Both the position numbers and the translations under genes were made by a program. This document shows, one piece after another, positions 1 through 11,108 of a stretch of 64,000 nucleotides of DNA. Below the pieces are notes generated by a model. It saw only the letters and a program-made list of their open reading frames with translations. It was not told where the DNA came from and did no database searches. The stretch is from Epiperipatus broadwayi (taxonomy: Eukaryota; Animalia; Onychophora), in assembly GCA_028023455.1 (NCBI GenBank), contig JAQFVV010000002.1, forward strand, positions 16,864,001-16,928,000, written 5' to 3'. Each line of letters opens with the position of its first letter. Within the stretch, counting starts at the first letter, position 1.

Positions 1-676
1 TAGATGTGTGTAATATATATATATATGAGGTGCTACTACATAAAAATTGTTGTGGCAAGTGAAATAAAAACATTATAAAAAAAAAGAAGAGTGCTTTTGT
101 TTCTAAAAAAGACACGCTTTGTCATTGATGTATATATATATATCACATGATAATAGTCAAAGCTTAACAAATTATAGAATTTATTGTCAAAATAATCTCT
201 GTATAATGAAAAATGGTTTTCAATGGATTTCACCTTCAATTTTGGCCTAAGATTTTAATATAATCAAAGAATACTGATCTATGACTAACAGATTGAAATT
301 TTTATCTTCCTAGAAGTTTATATGAACCTATTTAACAGGCAAAGATAACTAACCTTCATTTTTACAATCTTTTAAACTAACTCTTATTCATTACTTTAGA
401 TAACAAACCATAAATTACCAATAACTAGGTGATTTCTAAATGTAAATCACATGGTAACAGTCAAAACATAAAATCTTCAATCTGTTGTCAATGCATTCTG
501 TATAAGGAGTCATCATTTATCTGTAGAAGTTGCTTTGACAACAGTTTGTAGATCCTATGGTTGATTAATCTTTGGCTGTTACCATACAACTTTCATTTAG
601 AAGCCACTGAGTTTTTGGCAATTTATCTTTAATATATATGTACATATTTCATCTGAATGCTGTATTTATTTTTAAG

Positions 677-831
677 GTGAAACTTTAGAAGAAACAATTG
701 AAAGGGAAGTAGCAGAAGAAGTTGGATTAGAAGTTTCAGAGATTAGATATGTGGCATCTCAGCATTGGTCTTATCCTCTTAGTTCTCTTATGCTAGCATG
801 CTTTGCTACTGTAAAAGATAAACATAATGAG
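677..831 (+). CDS. NUDT13: Nudix hydrolase (NADH pyrophosphatase NudC family, NUDT13-like), internal exon containing the Nudix box
   Basis: tttaag|GT GAA ACT... translates (G)ETLEETIEREVAEEVGLEVSEIRYVASQHWSYPLSSLMLACFATVKDKHNE|gtattt. It has a canonical GX5EX7REUXEEXGU Nudix box plus the SQHW-P-SSLM motif of the NudC/NUDT12/NUDT13 group. Upstream exons lie outside the window. Confidence 0.92.
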
Positions 832-1480
832 GTATTTTAGTAAATATTGTTTGGAACTACTATTTTGATTTGGTATTACTAAAACAAATATATGCAAAGA
901 TAAGTAAAACAATGTTGTTCTTATAAGATGTAAAAAGCTAATGTAATAAGATAATAATGGATTATTTATATTAGATAATAAAATAAAAGTAATGGTAAAA
1001 ATATATGTAAGAGATTATGGTCTGGCCAACTGGTGAGTGCTGGTTCAGCATGAAATGTACCATAGATCTTTTTCACATGTCTTTCGTCATATGTTTATGG
1101 TTACATCCCTCCACAGGATGTTGAAAGGGGATAAAAACCATTCCCTAACTTGCGTGAGAGTGGCATAATGAAAATTGCATTAAAATTTTTATTCTCTTCT
1201 ATAGCCAGTTCACAATTATATTTTTTATATCATTATTAACTCATTTTCATATCATTTACAAAACACTAGATATTCAATGTTTTTTAATAGACTGTTTTTA
1301 AATTTTTTTTATTATTTTTTCTTTTTTCATGCATTGTCTTGCCTCATTAAAAATTTAATTGGCAAATTGCTCCTTTTTTATAGCAGCTATGTTTCTGACA
1401 GTTCTTAATAGAGAATCATTTAGTTTCTTATTGATTTCAGTCAAATCAGAACCATCTTCAACATTTGTTAATATTTTAAA

Positions 1481-2029
1481 ATATATAGGATATACGAGCA
1501 CAGACTTTCACACGACCCACCACTCTCCACTCTGTCTTATAACACCGATACACTTAAACACATATATGTTGAAAAGATAAATAATCACCAATATACATAT
1601 TTCATGCGAAACCAGCAATCATCAGTTGGTCCAGATTACCATCTACACACATATATGCTACACGTGCTCAGATATATATTAAAATAACCAATCCTTATAC
1701 TTTAATGGGCAGGCTTCAGTCTACTCCACACTCCAACTCTTCAACTGTCCATCCAATTGAAAATCTGATGATGGAATGTTCAAAGGCCACCCCGAGGCTG
1801 AGACTCCTGTCACACCCATGTTGACCTAAGGTCAATCTGACCCCTCATGTACAGGACATAATCCATTTAATACTCATACAAGGGATGGGCAGATATTTCT
1901 ACTATGTAATAACTGAAACACAGAGGCTTATATATACCTGTGTTTGTATATGTAATATATAGGGTATATGAGCACAGACTTTCACACGACCCACCACTCT
2001 CCACTCTATCTCATAACACCGATACACTT
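1481..2029 (-). mobile_element. Retrozyme-like element: 474-nt unit plus 75-nt terminal redundancy, carrying a hammerhead
   Basis: 1481-1555 is repeated at 1955-2029 (period 474). The block is GC-richer than its flanks, has no ORF and has an HHR on the - strand. No TSD seen. Confidence 0.75.
1582..1638 (-). ncRNA. Type I hammerhead ribozyme, core intact
   Basis: - strand reads taatc tgg accaa CTGATGA t tgc tggtttc gca t GAAA t atgt a TA ttggt gatta. Stem I accaa/ttggt is extended by taatc/gatta across a 3-nt bulge; stem II is tgc/gca. Predicted cleavage after AUA (1592/1591). Confidence 0.85.
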
Positions 2030-2559
2030 GAATGATTGATTTGCAAGTTCTAATCTAAATTCATTGGAGTTATTTTTAAAGATTAAGAATATTAACTGTT
2101 AATACTGCCTTGATTAAAAATTTTCATATCTCTCTAGTTCTGCATTAACACACATTTTACATTTCAATAATTGGTCATTTCTTGAGTTGAATCTATTAAG
2201 AAACATTAGTCAAATTATAATCCAGTTTAGTTGTATATTCATTTGGATGCCTTCATATTTATTTTAATTTAGTTTTTCTCAAAAAAAAATCATAATATAC
2301 AGTTTTTATTTTTCGTAAACTCAGTGAATGTGTGTCCTCTCTGAATTTCATCACCATAACCAAATTTACTACAGCACTTTCACGTTTCAATCATTAACAG
2401 TTCGATTATTAAAGTCTCCTATAACAGTTTTAAATACTGATTGGTCTGATCATATGCATTTTGAACAGCTATATAAAAATCCTCTACTTTTTTACTACAA
2501 TGAGAATTTATTGGTGGCATAAACCTGAACAATCTGCATTTGATATCTTTCTTTAATTT

Positions 2560-4720
2560 GAATAACTAAAATCATGCCATGTCTAAAAGGTTATTTTATT
2601 GTTTCATTGTATAAAAAAAGAATGAAATAAATTACTGCAGCAATTATTATAGAATATAGCAAAGGTATTTACAATGTTTTTTGATTAATAAGTTGCTTCC
2701 GGTCATAGATGAATGAATGTATAGTGTTTATAGAATCAAAAAGTAGTGTAGACATGATTTTTGTTTTTAGAAAAGAGCCTGAAAAATGCTTTAATCAAAG
2801 GAGTTATTTACATATTGCTTTAATTGATTCAGTGAAGGTATTTGGCTTAATAAATTCGCCAAGACTGTAGCAATGTTTGAAATTAATTGGTTATTCAATG
2901 AAATTTATTTATATTATACAGCTTTTATATGATGCAATTAGGGAAGTATTATTATTGCTGGTGGCAAACTTTTAGCATTTAATGCTGAAATTGATGTTAT
3001 ACTAGGATGTGGTTTAACTGTTTAGATTTGATTTTTGCTCAATTAGTTATAAACTAATTAAAAGCACCTATAATTTTTTGGTGAATATTGATGTACAACA
3101 AATTAACACTCGATCTTTTTCATACATAATTCATATTTTATGGCAACAATCCATTTCAGTCTACTTAGCTATACTTTAAACATGCTTTAACCTATATTCA
3201 ATGCACTTTAAAATTCATAATAATCAAGCATATTTTGCCAATAGAGGGAACCTTCCAAACCATAACACAAGATAATGACTTTTATAAAGATAAGAGCAGC
3301 TGTCTTATCTTTAACCTCAGCAAAATATGCTTGATTATTGCAAATTTTAAAGTGCATTGAGTACAGGTTGAAGCCTGTTTAAAATATTTACATATGCTTT
3401 CTGTGCGCTCAGTAAATTAATTACTATTTAATAGTTTATAGAATTTCCAATATTAAGATCGTAATATTAACTCACTGTAAATCGCAAGATTTCATGTAAG
3501 TTAATTTGTAAAGGAAATAATGAACTTAAACAGTGGAGAAAATAACTACTTCATGCTTCCAAATCAAGATGCTTCAGATTTGCCACATAAGTGGACATTT
3601 AGGTTAAAGATAAGACGGCCGCTCTTATCTTTATAAAAGTCATTATCTTGTGTCGTGGTTTGGAAGGTTCCCTCTATCAGCAAAATAAGCTTGATTATTA
3701 CGAATTTTAAAGTGCATTGAATACAGATTATAGCCTGTTTAATGTATTTACATATGCTTTCTGTGCACTCAATAAATTAATTACTACTCTACTTAGCTAT
3801 GAAAATAACTGAGAACAGTCAATGGATGTCAGATGATAGTTTCTTCTCTTAGTAAGTTCATGAAACAAATATCAAGATACATTATAGATTTAATATTGGA
3901 GTTTTTAATTTGAACCAATTAAAATCAATAACAAAAGTTTCATTTTCTTAATTTTCTAGATTATACAGATTGTTCTTGATGTTCTGTATACATCATATAA
4001 AAATTTTGGTTTAGTAGTTAATGTTTAAAAGACTTGAGTGTTTTAATTAGCCTATGATGGAAGAAAAATCTTTGGGAACTTTTAACTTGTTAAGATTATC
4101 ATTTTGAGACTGTGAGTCAATTTAATATTTTGATAACAATTAAATAGGAAGGTGGATTTAGATGTTGGGATTCAACTCAGACTTTAGTATGAAGGAGCTG
4201 TATTTAAAAAGTTAAAAGTCAATGGATTTTATTGTAATGATAAAACTATTTTGCAATTACATTAATTGCGTATAGAGCTATTATTTTGCCCAGTATGAAA
4301 ATGAGCTCTAGATCCAATTTCAATGTAATATGGTATTAGAAAAAAATTATTTAAAGAATTTTCATATGATTGTAAAAATAAGATGTCAACATTATAAAAG
4401 CAAATCAAAATTGTGCTTAGTTTGCTGTTCTGGAATAAAGTCTGTTATTGAAAAATCATATTTTCATTTAATTGGGTCATTTGAAATGAATGAACAATAA
4501 TAAACATCTATAAAAAGTATGGTATGGTGAGCTTGAGTGATAATTTTCATAGATGAGACATACCCCATTTATATTATATAAAGCATCTCAAAGATTTTCT
4601 AAGTTAATAATATTAATGGCTTCCACGGGAAAGATATGTCTGACAATAGAATACAGAGGAAGACTAGAATTAGGCACATTTTGCTGCAGAAGAAGTTAAA
4701 GAATCATTAGATAAACAATC
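2560..4720 (+). mobile_element. Decayed RTE-type non-LTR retrotransposon (RT to C-terminus), interrupted by the 3173-3787 insertion
   Basis: Broken frames give LHIALIDSVKVF (about LYIAFIDxxKAF), EIDVILGCGLT (about TGVxQGCxLS) and MSDNRIQRK (about RMxDxRIxRK). Many stops. Confidence 0.5.
3173..3787. mobile_element. S-family short element: inverted arm plus tandem 360-nt unit, 13-bp TSD
   Basis: TSD tctacttagctat at 3160-3172 and 3788-3800. 3173-3317 is the inverse of about 3600-3750; the block at 3318 repeats at 3678 (period 360). Confidence 0.85.
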
Positions 4721-5808
4721 ATGTGATATATATTTATGTGTTTGTGGTTCACAGATTGATTTATATGTTATTGTCTTTTTTTTCTTGCATCTTTTTTTTT
4801 TTACTTATTTCTGAATCGCAGATGCTAACACTAATGTGAAGACTGATAAGTGATTTTTTTTTGCAAATTATTTAGCACTAGCTGGGGAAATAATGTCTGT
4901 GTTGTCTTTATGATGTCAGATGGTTACATTACCATAATAGTGTGAAATTAGCTTGAATAAAGATATTACCTTTTCTGGTTTAAATGTTTTAACATTTATT
5001 TACAAAATTATATTTGTAATAAAAACAAAGTCATAAGGAATGGGCCTTGCCCATAGCTTGAAAAACAACTTTATACAATGGATGCTACCAAGGGATATTT
5101 ATTGCTTTTTTGCAATATAGTTTACATGGCAATTAAACAATAACTTAAAATAATTAAGGAAATGATAAATGTTTAAAATTAGAAAGATGATTTGTTTTGA
5201 TATAATCAATATTTTAATATCTCAAATTGCATTTACTTTTATACTGATCTTTTTTTGTGTAAGTGCATTTGAAATGTTTCTAAAAAAATTTTCATTTATC
5301 TAAATATTACTCCTTTTTTTTTTGCAATTATTATGCTTTTTTTTAAAAAAAATATTTTTTGAATTTATATAATTGTTTGATAATTTCATGAATAAAGGAA
5401 TTTTTAATTTTTACTGACTACTTAACTATTTCTTTCCTTCTTACATAAAGCATTCTTAATTTTATCAAAATATTCAAGAAAAGTAATATATTTTCTTTAT
5501 TTTTACATATTTATCAAGTTTAATAAGAAATTTTTTATTAAACAGTTCTTATCAGTTTATTATTAAATGAAGGAGAAAAAGCAAAGTTTTAATTTCAACA
5601 TATTAAAAATTGTATTATTAAGATTGATATTTTATTTATTCGTTTATTGAGAGATTGTTAATGATAATGTAGTGCAGATGAAATGGTTCTCATTATAAAA
5701 GAATAATGTGTTATTTTTTAAAAAATATTTATATAACTATACATATATGTAATTATATAAATAAATATTTATAAATAAAATAATTAGATAATTAAAAATT
5801 TTATCCAC

Positions 5809-5850
5809 TTAGGAGCGCTTTCGATTACCCTAGTAAGCTTTGTCAACTAA
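5809..5850 (-). ncRNA. Minimal type I hammerhead at PLE 3' end, U3-A8 core variant
   Basis: - strand reads ttag TTGACAA ag c ttac tagg gtaa t c GAAA gcgc TC ctaa. Palindromic GCGC stem/loop III; lies just downstream of the GIY-YIG stop. Confidence 0.75.
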
Positions 5851-7190
5851 CACTTTGAAAGGCTAACCTTCCCATAATTCCGTGATCTTAATGTTTGCTG
5901 CCTGCCTGTTAATTAAGTCATGTTTGTATTTAGATATTAGCATAGCTTCCTTTATTTTCATTTTATTGTTATTTTTTTCAATTTGCAACATTTTTACATT
6001 ATTAAAATTGAAGTGAAAACCATAAATACATGACTTATTATGGTCATAAAAAACAAATGCTGAAATATTATTATCTACTTTACAATTTTGTTTCATTTTC
6101 TGTACCTGTTTTAATAACAGCAAGTGCTCTTTAATTCTTTTTTCCAATGTACATTTCCATTCACCTACCACACCTACATATCCATTTATAAATGACACAA
6201 TTTTTATTTATAAATAAGGTTTTATCTTTAGAGTTATTTATTAATTTGTTTAATGTAGGAGGTGTGTAAAAAGCAATATCATATATATCTTTATAAATTT
6301 TCCTTATAAAATTTACTTGATCATTCAAAATATACGGTATTGATCTCCATATTTTTTTTATTAGCAGGAGAATCAATATTATTATTAAAATTGTTATTCT
6401 TATATTTTGTATTAAAATCTCTAATAACTTTATATATATGATTATAATTGTAGACAACATTTAACAATTCATTCGAATATATTTCAATATTTTTGCCTTT
6501 ATCCGATGAATATTTGCAAAGACTTATTTCTAAATAAGAAGGACTTTAAACTTGCTATTTTGTGTGACATTGGCACTCTTGATTTATATGGAATATAACC
6601 TCTTTTTACTATTGGTTTAATGGTCATACATTAATCCAGCATACATTGATTTCTAGTTATTTTAAGATCAAGAAACTGAATGCACATTAAATTTTCATCT
6701 GTTTTTATTCATTTTAGGCCTTTTAAACCATTTAATTCTTTAAACAACTCATTAATTGTATTTGGTTTGCCACATACAAAAACATCACCAACTTATCAAT
6801 AATATACAGTAATATTTTTTTGATAATATTCCTTTTTCAAAATATTTTCTTCATATTTAGAAATTACAAAATTACATATTTGAGCAACAGTAGGTAAACC
6901 CATTGGCTAGCCATTGCTCATTTTATAAAAATCCTTCTTAAAAACTGCATAAATATTTTTATCAATAAAGCTTAATGTTTCAGTTATAAATTTTATTATT
7001 TTCGCGTTAAAATTTTTTAAACTTAATGCATTGGAAATAATTTCAATAGATGCTAATCGATCAATTGATGTATGCATTTCACTTACATCCAAAATACATA
7101 TTATGTCATTAACATCAATCCTAATGTTACAGATTTTATGAACAAAATCAAATGAAGAACATATTGTATATTTACCAAAACCAAGAATTT

Positions 7191-7298
7191 TTTTTTTTTT
7201 AAATGTCATAGCATCGGCCGGGACGCAAACCCCGCAACCCGGGCAACTGCCTGCAAGTGCAAGGCAGTCGCGCTGACCTCTCGACCACCAATGCAAGA
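7191..7298 (-). mobile_element. tRNA-derived SINE with A-tail, inserted in PLE RT
   Basis: 15-bp TSD caaaaccaagaattt (7176-7190, 7299-7313). - strand reads GCATTGGTGGTCGAGAGGTC...GGGTTTGCGTCCCGGCCGATGC-tatgacattt-An, with A/B-box-like motifs and a 7-bp acceptor stem. Confidence 0.9.
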
Positions 7299-9409
7299 CA
7301 AAACCAAGAATTTCTTGTAGAATTTTCTCAATTAAACAACAAGTTTTATAATAAAACACCCCCCCCCCCATTAAAAAAATCAACCATTTAACAGAATGGT
7401 TCGTTTTCTTTATGCAGTTATGTATTTGAAAAAATCTTGGAACATATTGCAGCAGAAGGATAAATCTTATAATAAGTACTATTATCAATCACATTGTTTT
7501 GACTTTTTTAAAAACGTTATTAATAAATTGAATACGTAAATTTTCTATATTTACTTTATCAACTTTCATAAAGTTAAGATTATTCATTTGAGTAATAACT
7601 TTGACTTCATAATCAGATTTTAACTATATATATATGAAAATATAACTAAATTTGGTTTCCATATCAAATATTGTAGCATCATTTATGTAAACAAGAGTAA
7701 TCAAAAGATTCCAAATGATAGTTCAACTAGATTCCCAAATTATTTTTTGATTTTTGATCTTTACCCGTGAGGAATACTATATTCATGTAGAAGCCATTTT
7801 TACTTTTATTATGCCATTTATGATAATGATGTGTAAATTTAAGTTTTTGAACTAAGACAATAGCATACTACAGCCTAATACTGATATTTGATTATTAGTA
7901 GTGATAATTCGCCAACTCCATACAGATTTATCAAAATCATATATAAAAGCTTTCTGAATAGTGTTTTCTTCACAGTTTCTCTGAAAAGCAATGGTGCAGA
8001 TACTTTTGCCTGAAGCAGGCTCTTTAATGGTTGTTTGATCTTTTATATAAATAAGATTTCTATAGTTTTTATGCTATCTAAATTTTATTACAATTACGAT
8101 GTACAGTCATCAATAAAATGAAACAGAATTTTTTATTATTATTTATCATGATGTTTAATGCTTGTAGCTCATCTGGTGAACAAAAGTTATTTACAAAACA
8201 CATTTGCAGTGAAGGAGGATAGTGTGAATTTTTATGCTGGTGAATAATTTGCACATAATTAAATTTGAGCTGAGCAGTACACTAATAAAAATTTAAAAAT
8301 TTGGAAAAAAGAAATTTATTTCATATTGAAAGAAAATTATTACTAATTTATTCTAATTTGCTTAATTTCTAAGTAATAAATACTATATTTTAATCTGGTT
8401 AAGGAAAATTTATATTGGATAAAAATTATTGTTTGAATTTAGTATATCAAGTAATTTTCTAAAATTCATTTACAATAGCAAATAATAATAATAATATCAC
8501 TTTTTTAAAATGATGAAATTGTAACATTGAGACAATAAAACTATGTTGCTCATAAAGAAATATGTGCAGAAATTTCTTAAAACCTAGCAAGATAGAAATT
8601 ATTAAGTTTTTTTTTTTTTTAATTGATTGGAAAAGTTGTGCCATCTTTTTTGATCCTTTAGTCAATCAACCAGCTTTTTAAATAATTTTAACAATAGAAT
8701 GCTGCTAATGATATATATGCTAAAATTTAAATAACATTTCAGTACCGGGCCTAATTAGTTTCTTTTTTTATTTAGACATTAATAAGTGAATGAACATTTT
8801 TGTGGAAGGTTTTTAAAAATAACTTTAAAATTCGAGCTGTGAAGCACGACGATGATTTGACAATTAATAGTAGGTAATACTCGCTCACTTTACTATAAAA
8901 AAATTCCATTTGAAGTAATAGTTCAATAATTGCATAGACCTAAAATTTACACACTGCAAATAATACAGCAGCACAGTGTCAATAACGAGGATTTGCAGAG
9001 TAAAAACAGATTGCATGATTAAATGCGATAAGAATACATTACCCAAGTGTGAATTGTGAGAAATTAGCATAACACACTTGAGGGCATCATGGGCCCACAA
9101 ATGGCATATTTATGTTGTTTGGTCTACAAATGGTGCCATCAAGCGGCCTGTACTGGCTATCATACTAGTACCAAATTTTCTTTTTGTTGCATTCCATAAA
9201 TATATATCTTGTACTGAAGTGAAATTATTAAAAATTTGTATTGAATAAGAGTTTTATATACATTTTGTAGATACGTTTAACAAACTTAGTGAAAATGTAA
9301 ATGTTTTCTGTGAATTATTAATTATTTCAGGAATACATATATAACAATAGAATGAAATGATTATAAATATTTTTTGTCGTTAATATATATATATATTGGT
9401 CTCTTTCAG

Positions 9410-9622
9410 ATAAGAATTGACCAGACTGAATTGGAAGATGCTCGCTGGTTTAGTTTAGATGCTGTCAAAGAAGCTTTTAAAAATTCTCTTAAAATTACTA
9501 ACATAAGTCAGATATTGACTAATAATACTGATGACAAAATATATGTCCCGATTAAAGGGGCAATAGCTCATGAATTAGTTAAAAAGTGGATTCTTCAACA
9601 AAATAAATGTAAATTCATGTAA
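9410..9622 (+). CDS. NUDT13: NUDT13-like Nudix hydrolase, terminal coding exon
   Basis: ctctttcag|ATA AGA... gives IRIDQTELEDARWFS...VPIKGAIAHELVKKWI..*, matching the NudC C-terminal ELEDARWF and P..AIA..LI..W motifs. Phase 0 agrees with the 677-831 exon (intron 8578 nt). Confidence 0.92.
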   Translation: MRIDQTELEDARWFSLDAVKEAFKNSLKITNISQILTNNTDDKIYVPIKGAIAHELVKKWILQQNKCKFM

Positions 9623-10722
9623 TTAGAAATGAGCGGAATGTGCATATTTTTTCCATTGTCTACAATTGTATGCTTGAAATTGAAAATCAGTAATTAAAAT
9701 TTTTAAAATGCATATATAAAATAAACTGAAACCATTTCAGTACTAACATATAAGTAAGTGTAAAGCTGTAATCACCTTACAGTATGTTTGTATGCCCAGC
9801 CAATTAAAAGATTTGTTACTTTTTAAAAAAATAATATCTGATGTTTAGAAAGTAACATTCATGTTCTGAAAAGTAAGATTGCTATTATAGGATAGCATTT
9901 TTTGTGTGTATTTTATCATTTTTGTAAGTTTTAAAAAAAAACTTATTAAAGATTTTGGAAATTTTCATTAGGAATTAAACATTTAATTTAGCATTATTAT
10001 AATAAAAACCTAAGAATGCACGAATATGTCTAAGATTAATAAAATAAAACGAATTGTTTTATTTTTTAATTTGCTTTTAAAAAGATTTTAAAAATAGATT
10101 AATATTTGTCAAATATATATTGAAATTATTTTATTTTTAATCAGAATTTTTTTTTATTTATATACATATGACATTTGAATTTTTAGAGACCCTAGATATT
10201 AAATGGGAAATACATGTATTTTCAATGTTTATTATACGATGGTATTCATATAATGGATACCTTATTATTTTCATTAAAATGTTTAAATTTTTTTTTTTTA
10301 ATTTCAAATTTCTTTCACCAAAGTAATGATATCAAGAGGAAAATTTAGGAGGCATTGTTTATAGCAAGAGATATAAATGCAATAAATAGAAAAGATACAT
10401 GCTTTTCTATTTCAAAAAGATGGTCCTATATGAATGAACTTGCATAGATTTGCACAAATTATTATACTTAAAGGGTATGAATATGGATAACGAATCTCTG
10501 AAAGCGCTTAACCATAAAGAATAATTATTTCAACTAAAGAATTTTTAGAATTTTTATAAAAATCTATAAAAATTATTGTTTATAATAGCAAAAAGAAAAT
10601 AAGAATAATCCTGCATATAAAGTTGTTTATTAATTATCTTAATCATAGATACTTAAGAATTCCTCATCACTTTCATTCATATCATCACAATCTTCTACAT
10701 CTGGCTCATTACTACTTTTTTT

Positions 10723-11108
10723 AAACCACTAAACATCACATGATCACTATCTCTTATACTAGCACATAATTGTTATTAAACAAGGCAAAACTCTCTCCAT
10801 ACAGTAGTGCCACCTTGTGCCAACCAGAGCTTAAATTGAAAATATTATCATATTTTCAATTTCATTCTCATAGTTAAGTAGAGTTAAAAGGTGGCTGCTG
10901 GAGGGTTGCATTAGATCCTAAGATTTAGATGCAGTGCTCTCAGATCCAAGGCTCCTCACTGCCGAAGGCCATTAGCCAGAAATTAGTCTGGAGATATTGG
11001 ATGAGTAGACACTAGATAGGGATTTTATGCACAAGCCTTCTGGCATCGATTGATTACTCTGGTTGGGACAGGGTGGCTCTACTGTGTGGAGAGAGTTTTG
11101 CCTTGTTT
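10723..11108. mobile_element. R454 retrozyme-like family, copy A (inverted 3' arm plus + strand body)
   Basis: Shares sequence with 19761-20370. Its HHR at 10945-11001 has a mutated core (CTGCCGA). Confidence 0.85.

Larger units (their letters stand above)
5806..7500 (-). mobile_element. Penelope-like retroelement relic (RT, linker, GIY-YIG endonuclease, 3' HHR)
   Basis: Translations include ICILDVSEMHTSID, G*PMGLP, IQFLDLKI, GYIPYKSRVPMSHK, VIYKWICRCG and RIKEH...FNFNNVKMLQIEKN..KIKEAMLI...INR. Frameshifted; may extend to about 8100. Confidence 0.9.

Noticed and set aside
1760-1790. CTGATGA on + strand preceded by GAAA (possible second hammerhead)
   Set aside because: No room for stems I and III between GAAA and the core, and no downstream GAAA.
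8740-9156. Possible TIR pair cagtaccgggcc / ggcctgtactg
   Set aside because: Short, imperfect, no TSD and no internal homology.
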